A stretch of 64,000 nt of DNA from Squalus acanthias (GCA_030390025.1 CM059432.1:12276001-12340000); one strand, 5' to 3'; positions 49,210 to 62,537 are shown, counted from the first letter of the stretch. Made by a program: numbers and translations. Notes: generated by a model not told the origin, from the letters alone.

Positions 49210-49521
49210 TGTTAAATCAGGAGGCTGACTGCTCTCTCAGGCGGACGTAAAAGATCCCACGGCTCTATTTCGAAGAAGAGCAGGGGAGTTCTCCCCGGTG
49301 TCCTGGCCAATATTTATCCCTCAATCAATGTCACTAAAAAACAGATTATCTGGTCATTATCACGTTGCTGTTTGTGGGAGCTTGCTGTGCGCAAATTGGC
49401 TGCCGCGTTTCCCACAGTACAACAGTGAGTACACTTCAAAAAGTACTTAATTGGCTGTAAAGCACTTTGAGACGTCCGGTGGTCGTGAAAGGCGCCGTAG
49501 AAATGCAAGTCTTTCTTTCTT
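49210..49521 (+). mobile_element. SacSINE1-type SINE (5'-truncated)
   Basis: Deu core and tail. Confidence 0.85.
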
Positions 49522-49534
49522 TTAAATCTTTAAC

Positions 49535-49635
49535 TTCTTCCAGTTCTGATAAAAGGTCATCGACCTGAAACGTTAACTCTGTTTCTCTCTCCACAGATGC
49601 TGCCTGAGTGTGTCCAGCATTTTCTGTTTTATTTT
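49535..49635 (+). mobile_element. Penelope-like family A fragment with G8-mutated hammerhead (49542-49578)
   Basis: agtt-CTGATAA-a-aggtc-atc-gacct-GAAA-cgtt-aact. Confidence 0.8.
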
Positions 49636-50149
49636 ACTTAGAAGGGTTAACCAGTATCTGGTTTCTCTTCATAGCATCAATTTTAAAAATATATACAGTA
49701 TATATTCTCATCATACAATCGTCATTCCTGGACATTTAAAAAAAATAAATCTCTTGCCCTCGCTTATTGGTGGGAAGTGTACGGCAGCAAGCAGCATGCT
49801 TTCCCAAATTGTAGGTCTTAGCATCATCTCCCCGGGCTGGACCAAAGTCACAGCCACAATCGCAATTAATAGACCTGCTCTGGGATACAAGTTGCTCCTC
49901 CTAGTCGGTCATGTGGCTTAAATGGTCAGTCAGGAAGTGAGGAAACGCATCTTTTTTTTTTAAAAGTTCAATTTACAACAATTAGCTGAGGATGTATCGA
50001 CAAACAGTATCGTTGCTGCCATTTTCAAAATCGGTTTCAGAAAGTATTCCACGTAACAAATGCCGGGTACGGTTCAGCCGGTTTGCCATTGGTAGAGAAA
50101 AGAGCACGAGTAGAATGCACATTTTCCTGCTGTACATTCATGTTGATCT

Positions 50150-50370
50150 TCCTAGGCCCTAAGCTCTGGAATTCCCTCCCTCAACCTCTCTTTTCCTCCT
50201 TTAAGACGCTCCTTAAAACCTACCTCTTTGACCAAGCCTTTTCATCTGTCCCAATTATCGCCTCATGTAGCTCGGTGTCAAATTTTGTTGGATAATGCTC
50301 CTGTGAAACGCCTTGATGACATTTTACTATGTTAAAGGCGCTATATAAATAAATGCAAGTTGTTGTTGTT
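50150..50370 (+). mobile_element. L2 3' end
   Basis: GPKLWNSLP..FKTLLKTYLFDQAF; tail. Confidence 0.85.
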
Positions 50371-51047
50371 TTCTCCAACATTGAACAGAGGAAAATATAC
50401 CCGTGTCCCTATCAAAATAATAAATTTCACTTTTTTCTTTACCCTCTCGCTAACATGCTCAGAAACACTTATCAAGGTCAGTAATGTGGGCATCAGATCA
50501 GAGGGTAGAAATCACGTTTTCTGTGCAAATGCCAGTTACTAAAGTCCAGCTTATTTGTTTCTCTTTAACACCAAACCTACGTACCAAATACTCTGATTAT
50601 TTGGGTCCGAGGTGAGGGATCTCAGTGCTGACGAATGCCGCACCCAAGATAATTTCACACTGGATTCTTATAGGCAGTAGACAGAGAAGTTTTTTAAATC
50701 CCATTCGTTTGGCTGGATTTGAACAAAACCTGGGTGCAAATCCCATGTTTAAGTGTCTCCAAACCAAACCAAACTATTGAGATATCTACATCCACCTGTT
50801 GGGTTTCGGTTTGCCCAATATGAAATGCACAGCCGAAGGGACACACCCCAATTATCTAAATCCAGAGGACGTAGGTAGAGATTGGTAGAGCCAAGGCTTA
50901 AGGACTCCCCCCATCCCTCCACCTGCACAAGGGTACTGCTGGAGATCTTGTAGCTTGTGCAGCTAGGACAACCTATCCGTTCAGGTATTGGCTTGCAGGG
51001 TCATCCAGAGTCAAGTGGGAAGAATCCTGGCCCCCAGTCACAGGGCT

Positions 51048-51637
51048 GGAATGTTGGCCTTTATTGCAAAGGGGTTGGTTAATAAAAGCAGGGAAGTCCT
51101 GCTACAACTGTACAGGGTATTGGTGAGACCACACCTTGAGTACTGCGTACGGTTTTGGTCTCCTTATTTAAGGAAGGAGTTACTTGCATTGGAGGCAGTT
51201 CAGAGACGATTCACTAGGTTAATTCCTGAGATGAGGGGGTTGACTTATGAAGAAAGGTTGAGCAGGTTGGGCCTATACTCATTGGAATTAAGGTAGATGC
51301 AGAGAGGATGTTTCCCCTCGCGGGGAAATCTAGAACTCCGGGGCATAGTTTCAGAATAAAGGGTCGCCCTTTTAGAACTGAGATGAGGAGGAATTTCTTC
51401 TCTCAGAGGGTCGTAAATCTGTGGAATTCTGTGCCCCAGAGAGCCGTGGAGGCTGGGTCATTAAATACATTTAAGGTGGAGATAGACAGATTTTTACAAG
51501 ATAAAGGAGTGAAGGGTTATGGGGAGCGGGCAGGGAAGTGGCTTTGAGCCCAAGATCAGCCATAATCTTATTGAATGGTGGAGCAGGCTCGAGGGGCCAA
51601 GAGGCCTATTCCTGCTCCTATTTCTTATGTTCTTATG
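51048..51637 (+). mobile_element. CR1 3' fragment
   Basis: MLAFIAKGL..LVRPHLEYCVRFWSP; same subfamily as 25832-26374. Confidence 0.9.
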
Positions 51638-52494
51638 TCTACCTCCCCTCCCACCTATTGTGTTGGTCAGGGATGGGCAATAAATGCTGGCCTTGCCAGC
51701 GACGCCCACATCGCATAAAAACAAATTAAAAAAAAAATCAGAAATAGTGCCAGCTGACACGATTTAGGGATCTCTGCCAACATAGTCGGCATCTGACATT
51801 CCATTGTCGGGCATCTCAGCTTGGAGCCACGTTGACCGTAGAGACCCGAATTACCTCGAAAGTCACAAGTTGGTCATTGGACAGCTGACGAGTTTGGGTG
51901 TGAGGCCTCGCGACATGGACAGTCGGGAGCAGAAGGTCCTCACGAACAGCACGATGAGATGCATTAACTTGCCCTAATAGGCTTACGTGCCTGGCCATCA
52001 CCCTTCTGACCGCCGCCTGGACGTACACTACATCCTATTGAATGGTGGCTGCAGAAACTGGAAGTACTGAGCTGCAGCAGTGACTTTGCCTCGCAGCAAC
52101 CCAATCACGGTGAAGACCGAGGCCTGGATTCACGAATGCACATTCTCATACCTGGCCTCCGGGTTAACACCTCCCAACAGCTGTCATCAACTCTCAGTTT
52201 TCTCACTGGCAGTACAACTGGCATCTGATTTCAGCATGGCGAAATGACCTAGACAGTGCACGTTCTGTCATGTCATCTACCTTGATGTTCTAAGGCAATG
52301 CCTTGTACTTGGCTTATTCGTCACCAACTGCTTAATCCAGGTCCTCACCTAAGGGGCTTTTATAAAGAGTTCCTGCTGTCCTTCTCCAGCGTACTCAGTG
52401 ACCGGGTCAGCGTGGCCTTGCTCCCTTCCCTTCATACCTTCACTTCCCCTTTCCCAATAAACCACACAGCCCCTGAACGCATAAAAAAAAAAAA

Positions 52495-52895
52495 TTGATT
52501 CTTGGGATGTGGCTGTCGCTGGCGAGGCCGGCATTTCCCAACACATCCCTAGCTGCCCTGAGAAGGTGGTGGTGGGCCTTCTTCTTGAACCGCTGAAGCG
52601 GTTTTATAAATCGGAGTGGCTTGCTGGGCCACTTCAGAGGGCAGTTAAAGAGTCAACCACATTGGTGTGGGACTAGAGTCACATGTAGGCCAGATAAGGA
52701 CGACTGGTTTCCTTCCCTGAAGGATGTTAGTGAATCAGTTGAGTTTTTTGGGCAATCCGACAGCTTCGTGGTCGCTCTTATCGACACCAGCATTTCCCCC
52801 CCACCCCCCCCAAGATTTAACAAAATTAATTTGAAAGGATTTGAACTCGCCTTTATTAATCGTCCAGTAACACAACCAATACATTACCGTACCCA
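52495..52895 (-). mobile_element. Third-family SINE, diverged
   Basis: Reverse match to 40990-41320 and the shared LINE tail. Confidence 0.7.
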
Positions 52896-52973
52896 GGTTG
52901 GGTGGGTAATGGCTGAAGTAAGGACAGCTTTAACACATGACAGCTGAGGTATGTATTACAACTGCAACAGTGA

Positions 52974-53360
52974 TCATAGAGTCACAGAACGATGCAGCAC
53001 AGAAAGAGGCCATTCGGCCCCTCGTGCCTGTGCCGACTCTCTGAAAGAGCTGTCCAATTAGTCCCGCTCCCCCTGCCCTTTCCCCACAGCCCTGCAAATT
53101 TTTTCCCTTTCAAGTATTTGTCCCAATTCCCCTTTTGAAAGTTATTATTGAATCTGCTTCCACCGCCCGTTCAGGCAGCGCGTTCCAGATCATAACAACT
53201 CGCGGCGGGGAAAAAAAAACCCGTCTCCTCATCTCGTCTCTCTGTCTCTTTGGCCAATCACCTTAACTCTGCGTCCTCTGGTTACCGACCCTCCTGCCAC
53301 TGGAAACAGTGTCTCCTTATTTACTCTGATCAAAACCCCTCATGAATTGAAACACCTCTA
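52974..53360 (-). mobile_element. CR1 3' fragment
   Basis: Reverse CR1 tail, related to 39590-40207. Confidence 0.8.
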
Positions 53361-55109
53361 ATTTTAGGAAATTTCTTTTGCAACAGCTCAAACGTTATAT
53401 GTTGTCGCTGAGATAAAGGAAACCAAAGAACGACCCAGCCTACTTTATGTTATTAACAAAAGGGACGCTCTCTATTTGCGAATTAGTACCTTAACACAGC
53501 CGACTGGTAAAGATCTGCTGCTGAGCACTGACAGACACACCAACTGGGACCTCCTTGATAAACAGAAAATTGTGTGAACTATTATATTTATACACACACA
53601 CATAAATCCAGTGTACTTGGGAACCCTTGATGCTGTGTCCATTTTCTGCGTTATAAAAAAAAAGGGTTATTTTTTTTTTAAAAAAGGAACGACTCAAAAC
53701 ACAATTTTTTTTTTGGACGGGGCCAAGAATTTTTTTCGAGCTTAAACGCAGCGGGCACAGGGGCTGCTAAAAATCGCGATCTTCGCGTTATAACCTGGGG
53801 GCCACCTCACGCTGACCTTCCTTTGTTTACTGCACATTGCTGGGATACTCCCTTTGATTCAGCCTAGCACACGTGACCCTGAGCCAGTTCCTGCTCTGCA
53901 GTGGCGCTGCTAAAAATAACTCAAAACTCGCCTTGGCTCTGCCGCTGGTTTACATAAGCACTTAGGGGGGGGGGGGGGGGGGGAAACAGGCCCTCGCTGG
54001 TGGGTTAACGACGTGCGACAGAATGTGCAGCAAAAATATTTCAGCAAAAAAAAATAAAGCAGAAGAGGCTGCAACCAGTTTCGGCAGCCGACGATTTGGC
54101 TGGGGAGAGGGGGAAGGATAAAAAAAAACAGATTTGTTCTATTTTAAATATACTATCTGGATAAAACCCTCCACCTTCCTGGAAAGAAAACAAGGTTGGA
54201 AGAGAAACCAGACGCTTTGCACCAAAAGGATTTTTATTTGTTGCTGTTAATAATTCAGACGTACAACTTTATATAATCAATTTATCATCACAGAAGACAT
54301 CTTTGTTTAAGCTCTTTCCATCTTACCAGACACACACTGTTATAAAATACTGGTTCTTGCGGGTTAAATAGTAATTAGCACTTTTACTAAATTGAAAAAC
54401 ACAGCCTGCACTATCTTTTCATGTGACTTCATACATTTAGATCTGTTCAGCTTCCTGAAAAGGCTTTGAGCTGTAAGTAAATTGTGTAGATTTTATTTTA
54501 ACGCACCTTTTTAGACTTTAATTACATTTTTTTTTTAAATGACTGTAATCGTATTGTACACTACCCACCATGTCCAGTAGTTAACGTCGGTGGGTCACTA
54601 TGTGATTCAGTGTGACCAAAAAATGGTTAGAATCACTAATATAACAGTATTAATATACATGTTACCTATTTGGTATCACCACCCCCCACCCCCGCTCCCG
54701 TAACTGGATGGGAAAACTGTTTGGGTCTGGCATTTTAAATATACAGCCACAGTATGAAACGTGAACTTTTGTTGCCAGTTACTGTAAGATGGAATTAAGT
54801 GTGTCTCACATAACGAGGCCAAAGACAGTGACGGCCATCATTATTATATTAAAAACTGAAAGATCCGCCTCAGAAACGGCTGAAAAACAACCTAATCTTT
54901 GTTGACTTGCTGCCAAGCATGTTTAATACAATTATTTTTAAACTTTAAAAAAAAAAGAAAAGTGCAATTTTAGGGGAGGCTGGGAAAGTAACCGGATCCT
55001 TGTTCAATCCCTACCACAATGTACAGCACACGGCATATTTACATTTGTAGCAAGAATTCTCGGCAACTGAGGCAACAAAAGTTTGCCGAGTCCCTCCCAA
55101 AGTAGCAAA

Positions 55110-56405
55110 TGTGTCTCTGCTCTTCAAAAAAAGAGGGGCGGATAAACCAGGAACTTATGCGGCAGTTAGTCATACTCTAGCTGTTGGTAAACTATTAAGA
55201 ATCTATAATGGAGGGTGAAATTGCTAAGCACTTGAAGCAACAGGAGTTAATAAGGTCCAGTCAGTATGCATTCCTAAAAGGTAGGTCATGTTTGACAAAC
55301 CTCATAGAATTATTCTTCAATCAAACAACAGAGAATAAAGGAATTACAGCGGGTGCGCGGTCCATGTGGATTTTCAAAAAGCATTTTTACAAGGTACCAC
55401 ACATTTAAAAAAACTGATGATAAAGGTTGTGACACATGAGTGAAAGGGCAACTGCGGCCACGGGGAGAGAGAGAGAGAGAGAGCAAAAAGCATTTGGAGG
55501 GCAAAAAGCAAAGGGCAGGGGTAAAAGGGAGTTTGTCACAGGCTGGAAAGATGCGGTGATCTTGATTTAGAATTCGAGGGAACAAGATCAAAGGTTTGAT
55601 GACGACACCAAATTGGGATCATGGCAAATGGTGACGAGGGAAGATGACGGAAGGGCCTGCTTAGGGAAGCAGGGTGGGTAGACTGGTGGCAGATTCAGTT
55701 CAATATATTAAAGTGTAAAGTGATATATTTTGGAAATAAGAATAAGGAAAGGAAATGTACCTTAAATGGCAAAGTTTTTGAATGGAGTACAGGGACCTTG
55801 ACACGCAGATACACAGGACATTAAAAGTGGCAGAGAGAGTCATAAAAAAACCGGATCCCAGCCTTTGTATCCAGAGGCAGAGAATACAACAGCAAAGAAG
55901 GTAATGTTGAACTTGTACAAGACTTTAGGTAGGCCGCAGATCGAGTAGTGAGAGCGGTTTTAGGCACCCTATTATAGCGAGGATATAAAATAATGGAAAA
56001 AGCACAGCACAGATTCACTGGGATGTTATCAGCGACAAGGGGTTGGGGGGGGTGACCTAGTCTTGAAAACTATGAAGATTTATGATAGATAAAAATACTA
56101 ACTTGCTTCCACCGATCAGCAAGATGGGAACAAATTAAAGAAGATCACCCAAAAAAGGTGTAAAAAAAAATTCTTTACAGAGGGTGGTTAGAATGTAGAA
56201 TTCTCACATACAAAGTGTGGTTGAAGCAGAATTCATGCGTTCTTTTAAAAGGGATTAGACAGTTGATCGAACAAGGGGAACATTAGAGGGTATGGGGAGG
56301 AAGCTTAAGAGTGGCATTAGAATTGGCTGCTCGTGTAGAGAAAAACACATGCAAAGACTTGATAGGCCAGATGGCCTGCTGCCCTTCTGCAATATTGCGT
56401 GATTC
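55110..56405 (+). mobile_element. Old, highly degraded CR1 RT region
   Basis: SQYAFLKGRSCLTNLIE, FxKVPH, DDDTK remnants and 3' tail. Confidence 0.75.
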
Positions 56406-56482
56406 TTGGTGGCATATTGCAATTCGTGAATTCTAAAGTAGAAAATATATTCATAGCTATCTTTGCGCAAGTATGTGACTAC

Positions 56483-56680
56483 ACAACAACAACTTGCATT
56501 ATATCGCCCCTTGAATGCAGTAAAATATCCCAAGGTGCTTCACGGGAGCGTTATCAGACAAAATTCGACACCAAGCCACATCAGGAGATGTTAGGACAGG
56601 GGACCAAAAGCTTGGTCAAAGAGGTAGGTTTTAAGGAGAGACTGAAGGAGGAGCGAGGCAGAGAGGTTTACGGAGGGAAT
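56483..56680 (-). mobile_element. L2 3' end
   Basis: acaacaacaacttgcatt..ggtcaaagaggtaggttttaagg. Confidence 0.8.
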
Positions 56681-58190
56681 TATATTACACAATGCAAATC
56701 AACTGGTCACAATCTGGCTATTGCAGTAATATATAAATAACTGTATGACTAGATGCAAATTGCCAGAAATAAGGGGCCGTCTACCAACATAACAGCAATG
56801 GATTAATATTTTAATTAGATCACTGGCCATTGGAAACAGGGAAACACTATCCCGTTGCCATAACTTACTGGAAGAATACAGAACCTCACATTAGTCAGTT
56901 CCAGCATGAGAACTGTGCCACATGATTGCATGAAACAGTTGGATGCCAGGGTTACAGCAACAGGCTGGCGGCAGAGCGCTCCAGATACATTTGGAGAAAA
57001 GAATGTTGCATTGAATGTCAACATACATTTCTAAATAGACGACTGGCCATTTCTACACTAATTCACTTTCACCCTAATTAATGATCACAAGAGCAAGTCA
57101 TTTGGCATGTCATCACATACTGCGAATCTCTACACTTACCGCACCGAGCTAGATTTGGTACACAAGTACTGCAATTTTGCGTAAAAAGTTAAAAGAGACT
57201 GATGAAAATTGTGAGCAGAGCAGATTATTAACAAGCACCAGTGTGGGAGCAGGACTGCAGTAATCTCATGGCGGCTCGGGTCGGGCAATAAATATGGCCC
57301 TGCCACATTGCCTACATCCCAAGAACAGTTAAAAAAAAAAAATCACTTGCCCCGAATGGCCACACTGTTCAAATTACCATAAAAGTTAACACTAAACAGT
57401 CGGCTTAAATAAAATAAGAACCTGCTTGACTATTGAAGTGGCTGAGCAATACACTGCTGCCCATGGTCTGGGTGCGCCCTACCATTGAGTTGTTTTGAGC
57501 CTGGGAGGCCACGTAGAATACGATGGGTCTCACCATTCCTGCAGATCCAACGCTGTTGCCTGTTGAGCCGACCTAGGGGCAACACCTGGCCCGGCACAAC
57601 TAGTCACTGCTAGCTACAAGATGCCACATTCCTCCCTGGCCTCGGGGCAAAGAACACCCATAATAAATACGTGGGTGAAACATCTGTGGAGCATGTGCCG
57701 GATATCGTGACAGGCGGAATCCCTTGCCCCAGTGATCAGTAATTAGGCAGAAAATGAATGAACTGTTAAACTGGTGATGAGTAATGAATGAATTCATCAA
57801 GCTTTTCGGTGGCCTCTGGAACCTTGGCTTGGCATCCAGTCTATTTTTATACTTTCCTCTATAAGGCGCCTTGGCGACTATTTTTGTTTTTGCTAAAGAC
57901 ACTATATACAGGTAAGTTATTGTTTTAAGTACCAGACAGGCTAAAAACTTTTCTTGAAAGCCTACATGCAACATACAACACAAGGTTTACTGCCAAACAA
58001 ACAAGAATGGGCCAACTTGCCAACAGTCCCCTTGTAAGGCTTCTCAACCATCCAACAAGCCAACCTTGCAAGACCCCTCTCTAAGCAGGCAGGACCATGG
58101 GTATTATCCTGACCCCCGGTAAATCATCGCCAAATTATCTTGCTACCTCCGACCAGCATGCTGCCCGCACCATGTGCACAACTGTGCTGA

Positions 58191-59069
58191 GAACCTAAGA
58201 ACATAAGAAATAGGAGCAGGAGTCGGCCATTAGGCCCCTCGAGCCTGCTCCGCTATTCAATAAGATCATGGCTGATCTTCTACCTCATCTCCACTTTCCT
58301 GCACTATCCCCATATCCCTTGATTCCCTTAATATTCAAAAATCTATCGCTCTTTGTCTTGAATATATTCAATGACTGAGCCTCCACAGCCCTCTGGGGTA
58401 GAGAATTCCAAAGATTCACCACCCTGAGTGAAGAAATTTCTCCTCATCTCAGTCCTAAATGGCCGACGCCTTATTCTGAGACTGTGACCCCTGGTTCTAG
58501 ACTCCCCAGCCAGGGGAAACATCCTCCCTGCATCTACCCTGTCAAGCCCTATAAGAACTTTGGTATGTTTCAATGAGATCACCTCTCATTCTTCTAAACT
58601 CTAGAGAATATAGACCTAGTCTACTCAATCTCTCCTCATAGTACAATCCCACAATCCCAGGAATCAGTCTGGTGAACCTTCGTTGCACTCCCTCTATGGC
58701 AAGTACAGTATATCCTTCCTTGGGTAAGGAGACCAAAACTGTATACAATACACCAGGGCCCCATATAATTGCAGTAAGATGCCTTTACTCTTATACTCAA
58801 ATCCTCTCGTAATAAAGGCCAACATAACATTTGCTCCCAATCTCTCACCATTTAAAAAAATACTCTGCTTTTCTATTTTTCCTACCAAAGTGGATAACTT
58901 CACATTTCTCCACATTATATTCCATTTGCCATGTTCTTGCCCACTCGCTTAGCCTGTCTACATCCCCTTGAAGCCTCTTTGCATCCTCCTCACAATTTTA
59001 CATTCCCACCCAGCTTTATATCATCAGCAAACTTGGATATCTTACATTTGGTCCCCTCATCCAAATCAT
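58191..59069 (-). mobile_element. CR1 RT/3' fragment
   Basis: Reverse strand FADD at ~59020-59032; [15 protein letters not shown]; tail. Confidence 0.9.
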
Positions 59070-60358
59070 TGGCAACCTGAATGTGTCCATGTATTTTCCC
59101 GTCACTACCATGTGGCAACATTTTATAAAATAAATAAATATATATATATATGTGAATAAAATATGTTTATAAGTAAAAATAAGAATCAAAAAAAATATTT
59201 ATTTCACCAAAAAAACCATGTCTTCCTCAAGTTGCTGGAAGCTGAACAGGGAATGTTTTTGTCCTGATATTGAATATTAAAAGAATGCAACTTGTATTGG
59301 TGAGATAATATGAAGAATATTGCACACCAGCAGCTACTATTAAAATGATAATGCTATATTTTAACCTCAACAATTCAACCTCAGGTTTAGTGCACCGATA
59401 GCAATGACCATTTAGCAGGAGCGTGTTTGGGAAGGAACCTGCCTCGAATAACTTGACAAACTCAGCTTTCATCAGACACTGAAGTAGCGCTTTCCTTAAT
59501 TCACGACACCGCCGTACACCAGCTTTTCGTTATAACAATTCTACTTTCTGCTCTATATTTCCACACGGTAAAAGTTGGGACGTTTAGGACTGGCGAATCA
59601 GGGGCTACAGCTTACGGACTGCTGTGAGTGAGACTCTTTGTCACATGGGCTAAATGTTGTGGTGTCACGCACGCCCGGTTTTTTTTAAAAATCAAGTATG
59701 TACTTCATCATGTGCCCAGCTAATGCCACATTCTGCTTCATCCAGTGCGTGGTTGCTTATTTAGTATTGGTCAATAAACATTTGCTGGACCCAATAACCC
59801 TATAAATTTTGACCACTTCACAGGGTTACCCAACATTATCGGTACTCATTTTCATTGCATTCATGCAGCAGAGCACGTTAACATCTATTTCAAAAAAAAA
59901 TTGTGCTACAAAGCATGAGCTTAACATAAGGGATCTGTCAAGGTGGCTTCCTGTTGGTGGCAGCAGCCTCTTTGTAGCACGCACAACCAGACAAGCCCCT
60001 CTGGAGGGCCCTTTTCCTCTATAACTGTACAAAAGCAGAGGTGATAGCTGCTCTTTGTCCAGTCATGTTGTGCCTGAAGCTTTCTGCTGGCTATCAACTG
60101 TCACCACACACACAGCAACAGATGCAATTAAACCAACCTCAATAACTTCAGATCTCTACTCCTGCATCAACGCGAATAATAAAAGGCTTCACTCCACCAT
60201 TTGCTTTCTGTTGTCCCGAATTTTGTGCTGTTTGTAGATTTAGGATCACATAATGGAGGAATCTCCAGAGATTCAATTTCAGATATTTGAGCACTTTCCT
60301 CCCCTGCTACAACTGATGTAAATAATTGGTAAAAGGACAGTTAAAATATCCCTTACCC

Positions 60359-60558
60359 CACACATACATACATATATACATACATATATATATATATATA
60401 TATACACACACAGACATACATACACATATATATATACATACATACATACACAGACATCTACACACACATATACACGCACACAGACAATATATATATAAAA
60501 TTACACACACATATATACAGTTACACATCTACACATATGTATACATTTACACATACAC
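60359..60558. repeat. Compound (TA)n/(CA)n/(TACA)n microsatellite
   Basis: Seen directly. Confidence 0.95.
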
Positions 60559-60829
60559 TCAATGTGCAACTGCAGTGTATCACAGCATTTAGTCAGCTTG
60601 AGTTTATGCAGCAGTTGGTAGGCAAATCACTGGAAACAAGATAAGGCAGATCTGTCCAGTTCCGACATCCAAGTAGATTGAAACCCAGCCCAACAATCAC
60701 CCTGCATTTGGCAGGAGTCTCACATGGGAGTTTGCAACCTACTGCCCTCCCAAATCCACTGTGCTGGTTCATCCCGGAATTGCCGTTCCTTTCACTTTTT
60801 CCTCACTGCACAACAGTATAATCTGAGCT

Positions 60830-60930
60830 AACAACAGAAAACGCTGGAAAAAACTCAGCAGGCCAGGCAGCATCCGTGGAGAGAGAAAGAGAGTTAACGT
60901 TTCAGGTCGATGACCTTTCGTCAGAACTGG
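60830..60930 (-). mobile_element. Penelope-like family A short fragment
   Basis: ctcagcaggccaggcagcatccgtggagagagaaagagagttaacgtttcagg. Confidence 0.8.
60892..60928 (-). ncRNA. Minimal type-I hammerhead ribozyme motif (family A), intact core
   Basis: agtt-CTGACGA-a-aggtc-atc-gacct-GAAA-cgtt-aact. Confidence 0.75.
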
Positions 60931-61207
60931 GAAGAGCCGGAAATCAAATAGATTTAAGGCCAGGGTAAAGCTGGGAATCTGAGCCTTTGTTAAGAGAGTA
61001 AAAAGCCTCCAATATGTAGGTCTTGGTTCAGCCCCTGCTCCACAATATCTTGTGTTATGACTTGCTCTTCAGAGGGAAAGCAAAACAGAAACGATAGTGG
61101 CGATCAAACCTACAGCCAGGTGGCCTGTGAAGGAAAGGAAAGGGAAAAAAAGAGCAAAGGGTATAAGGATGGAGTACTGACTATTTCACAGAGAGAAAGA
61201 GCGAGAG

Positions 61208-61388
61208 AGACTTGGATTTCTATAGCGCCTTTCACGACCTCTGAACGTCCCCAAGCGCTTTACAGCCAATCAAGTACTTTTGACGTGTAGTCACTGATGT
61301 AACGTGTGAAACTCGACAGACAATTTGCGCACAGCAAGCTCCGTTTTTTCAGTGATGTTGACTGAGAGATAAATATTGGCCAGGACAC
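61208..61388 (-). mobile_element. SacSINE1-type 3' fragment
   Basis: Reverse tail and ataaatattggccaggacac. Confidence 0.75.
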
Positions 61389-62069
61389 AGTGATACAAGT
61401 AGAAGCCACATTTTCACTGCCTGCTCACATCATTGTTGCAGAGACAGGGTAGGGAGAGGACACAGAGAGATTAAAAGACAAGGATATTAAATTCTGTGTT
61501 GTGGGGTGGTGGGTGGGGGTTGTGGGGGAAGAGAAGAAACAGCGATCCAACATAGGTCAGCAATGAATGAATGAGACAGGATTAGTTTTGGATAAGGTGC
61601 GGGGCTTATAGTGGGTGTTGAGTAGAAAGAAGGACAGCGGAGAAATTGAGCCTAGAGGTTGCATAAGAATGGATTCAGCAGTGACGGGGCGGATGTAGGG
61701 TGGAAGCAGACATTTATGCAAAGGTAGAAGTATACAGTCTTGTTGATGGATAGGATGTGGGATTTGTATCCAGCATGCTGGTTCGGATGTCCTATCTGAA
61801 ACCTAATCTACATCTCTCAGCCTTGCTACCCTGTGCATTTAGCCCTATTGAGAGCTAAATTTAGCTCAACGGGAGCATTTTCAATATACATTACACCAAG
61901 GGTTACCAGCCCCCAGCCCCTCCCTCCCGACATGACAGCGACGTCAGAGATCCCAAAAGGTGACAGGAAGTTAGGAGGATGTGGGGGATAAGCAAGTGGC
62001 CAGATATTCTCTTCAGAGCGGTCAGGAGATTGAGCAGGTTGGCTGTTGGTAAAGGAATTTATGTGAAAG

Positions 62070-62537
62070 AAAGAAAGACTTGACTTGCATTTATATAGCG
62101 CCTTTCACGACCACCGGACATCTCAAAGCGCTTTACAGCCAATGAAGTACTTTTTGGCGTGCAGTCACTGTTGTAATGTGGGAAACACGGCAGCCAATTT
62201 GCGCACAGCAAGGTCCCACAAACAGCAATGTGATAATGACCAGATAATCTGGTTTTTTTTTGTGATGTTGATTGAGGGATAAATATTGGCCAGGACACCG
62301 GGGATAACTCCCCTGCTCTTCTTCGAAATAGTGCCGCGGGATCTTTTACATCCACCTGAGAGAGCAGACGGGGCCTCGGTTTAACATCTCATCCGAAAGA
62401 CAGCACCCTCTGACAGTGCAGCACTCCCTCAGCGCGGCACTGGGAGTGTCAGCCTAGCTTTATGTGCTCAAGTTCCTGGAGTGGGACTTGAACCCACAAC
62501 CTTCTGACTCAGAGGCGAGTGTGCTACCAACACAGCT
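62070..62537 (-). mobile_element. SacSINE1-type SINE, near full length
   Basis: Reverse complement of head, Deu core and tail. Confidence 0.9.

Noticed and set aside
56864..57032. Exon-like AG..GTAAG segment on the minus strand
   Set aside because: No frame resembles Gs-alpha or any protein I recognise; weak acceptor
59227..59472. 81-aa ORF as a nested gene
   Set aside because: No recognisable domain or splice structure; I also saw no CHMP1B-like nested ORF of the kind found in mammalian GNAL
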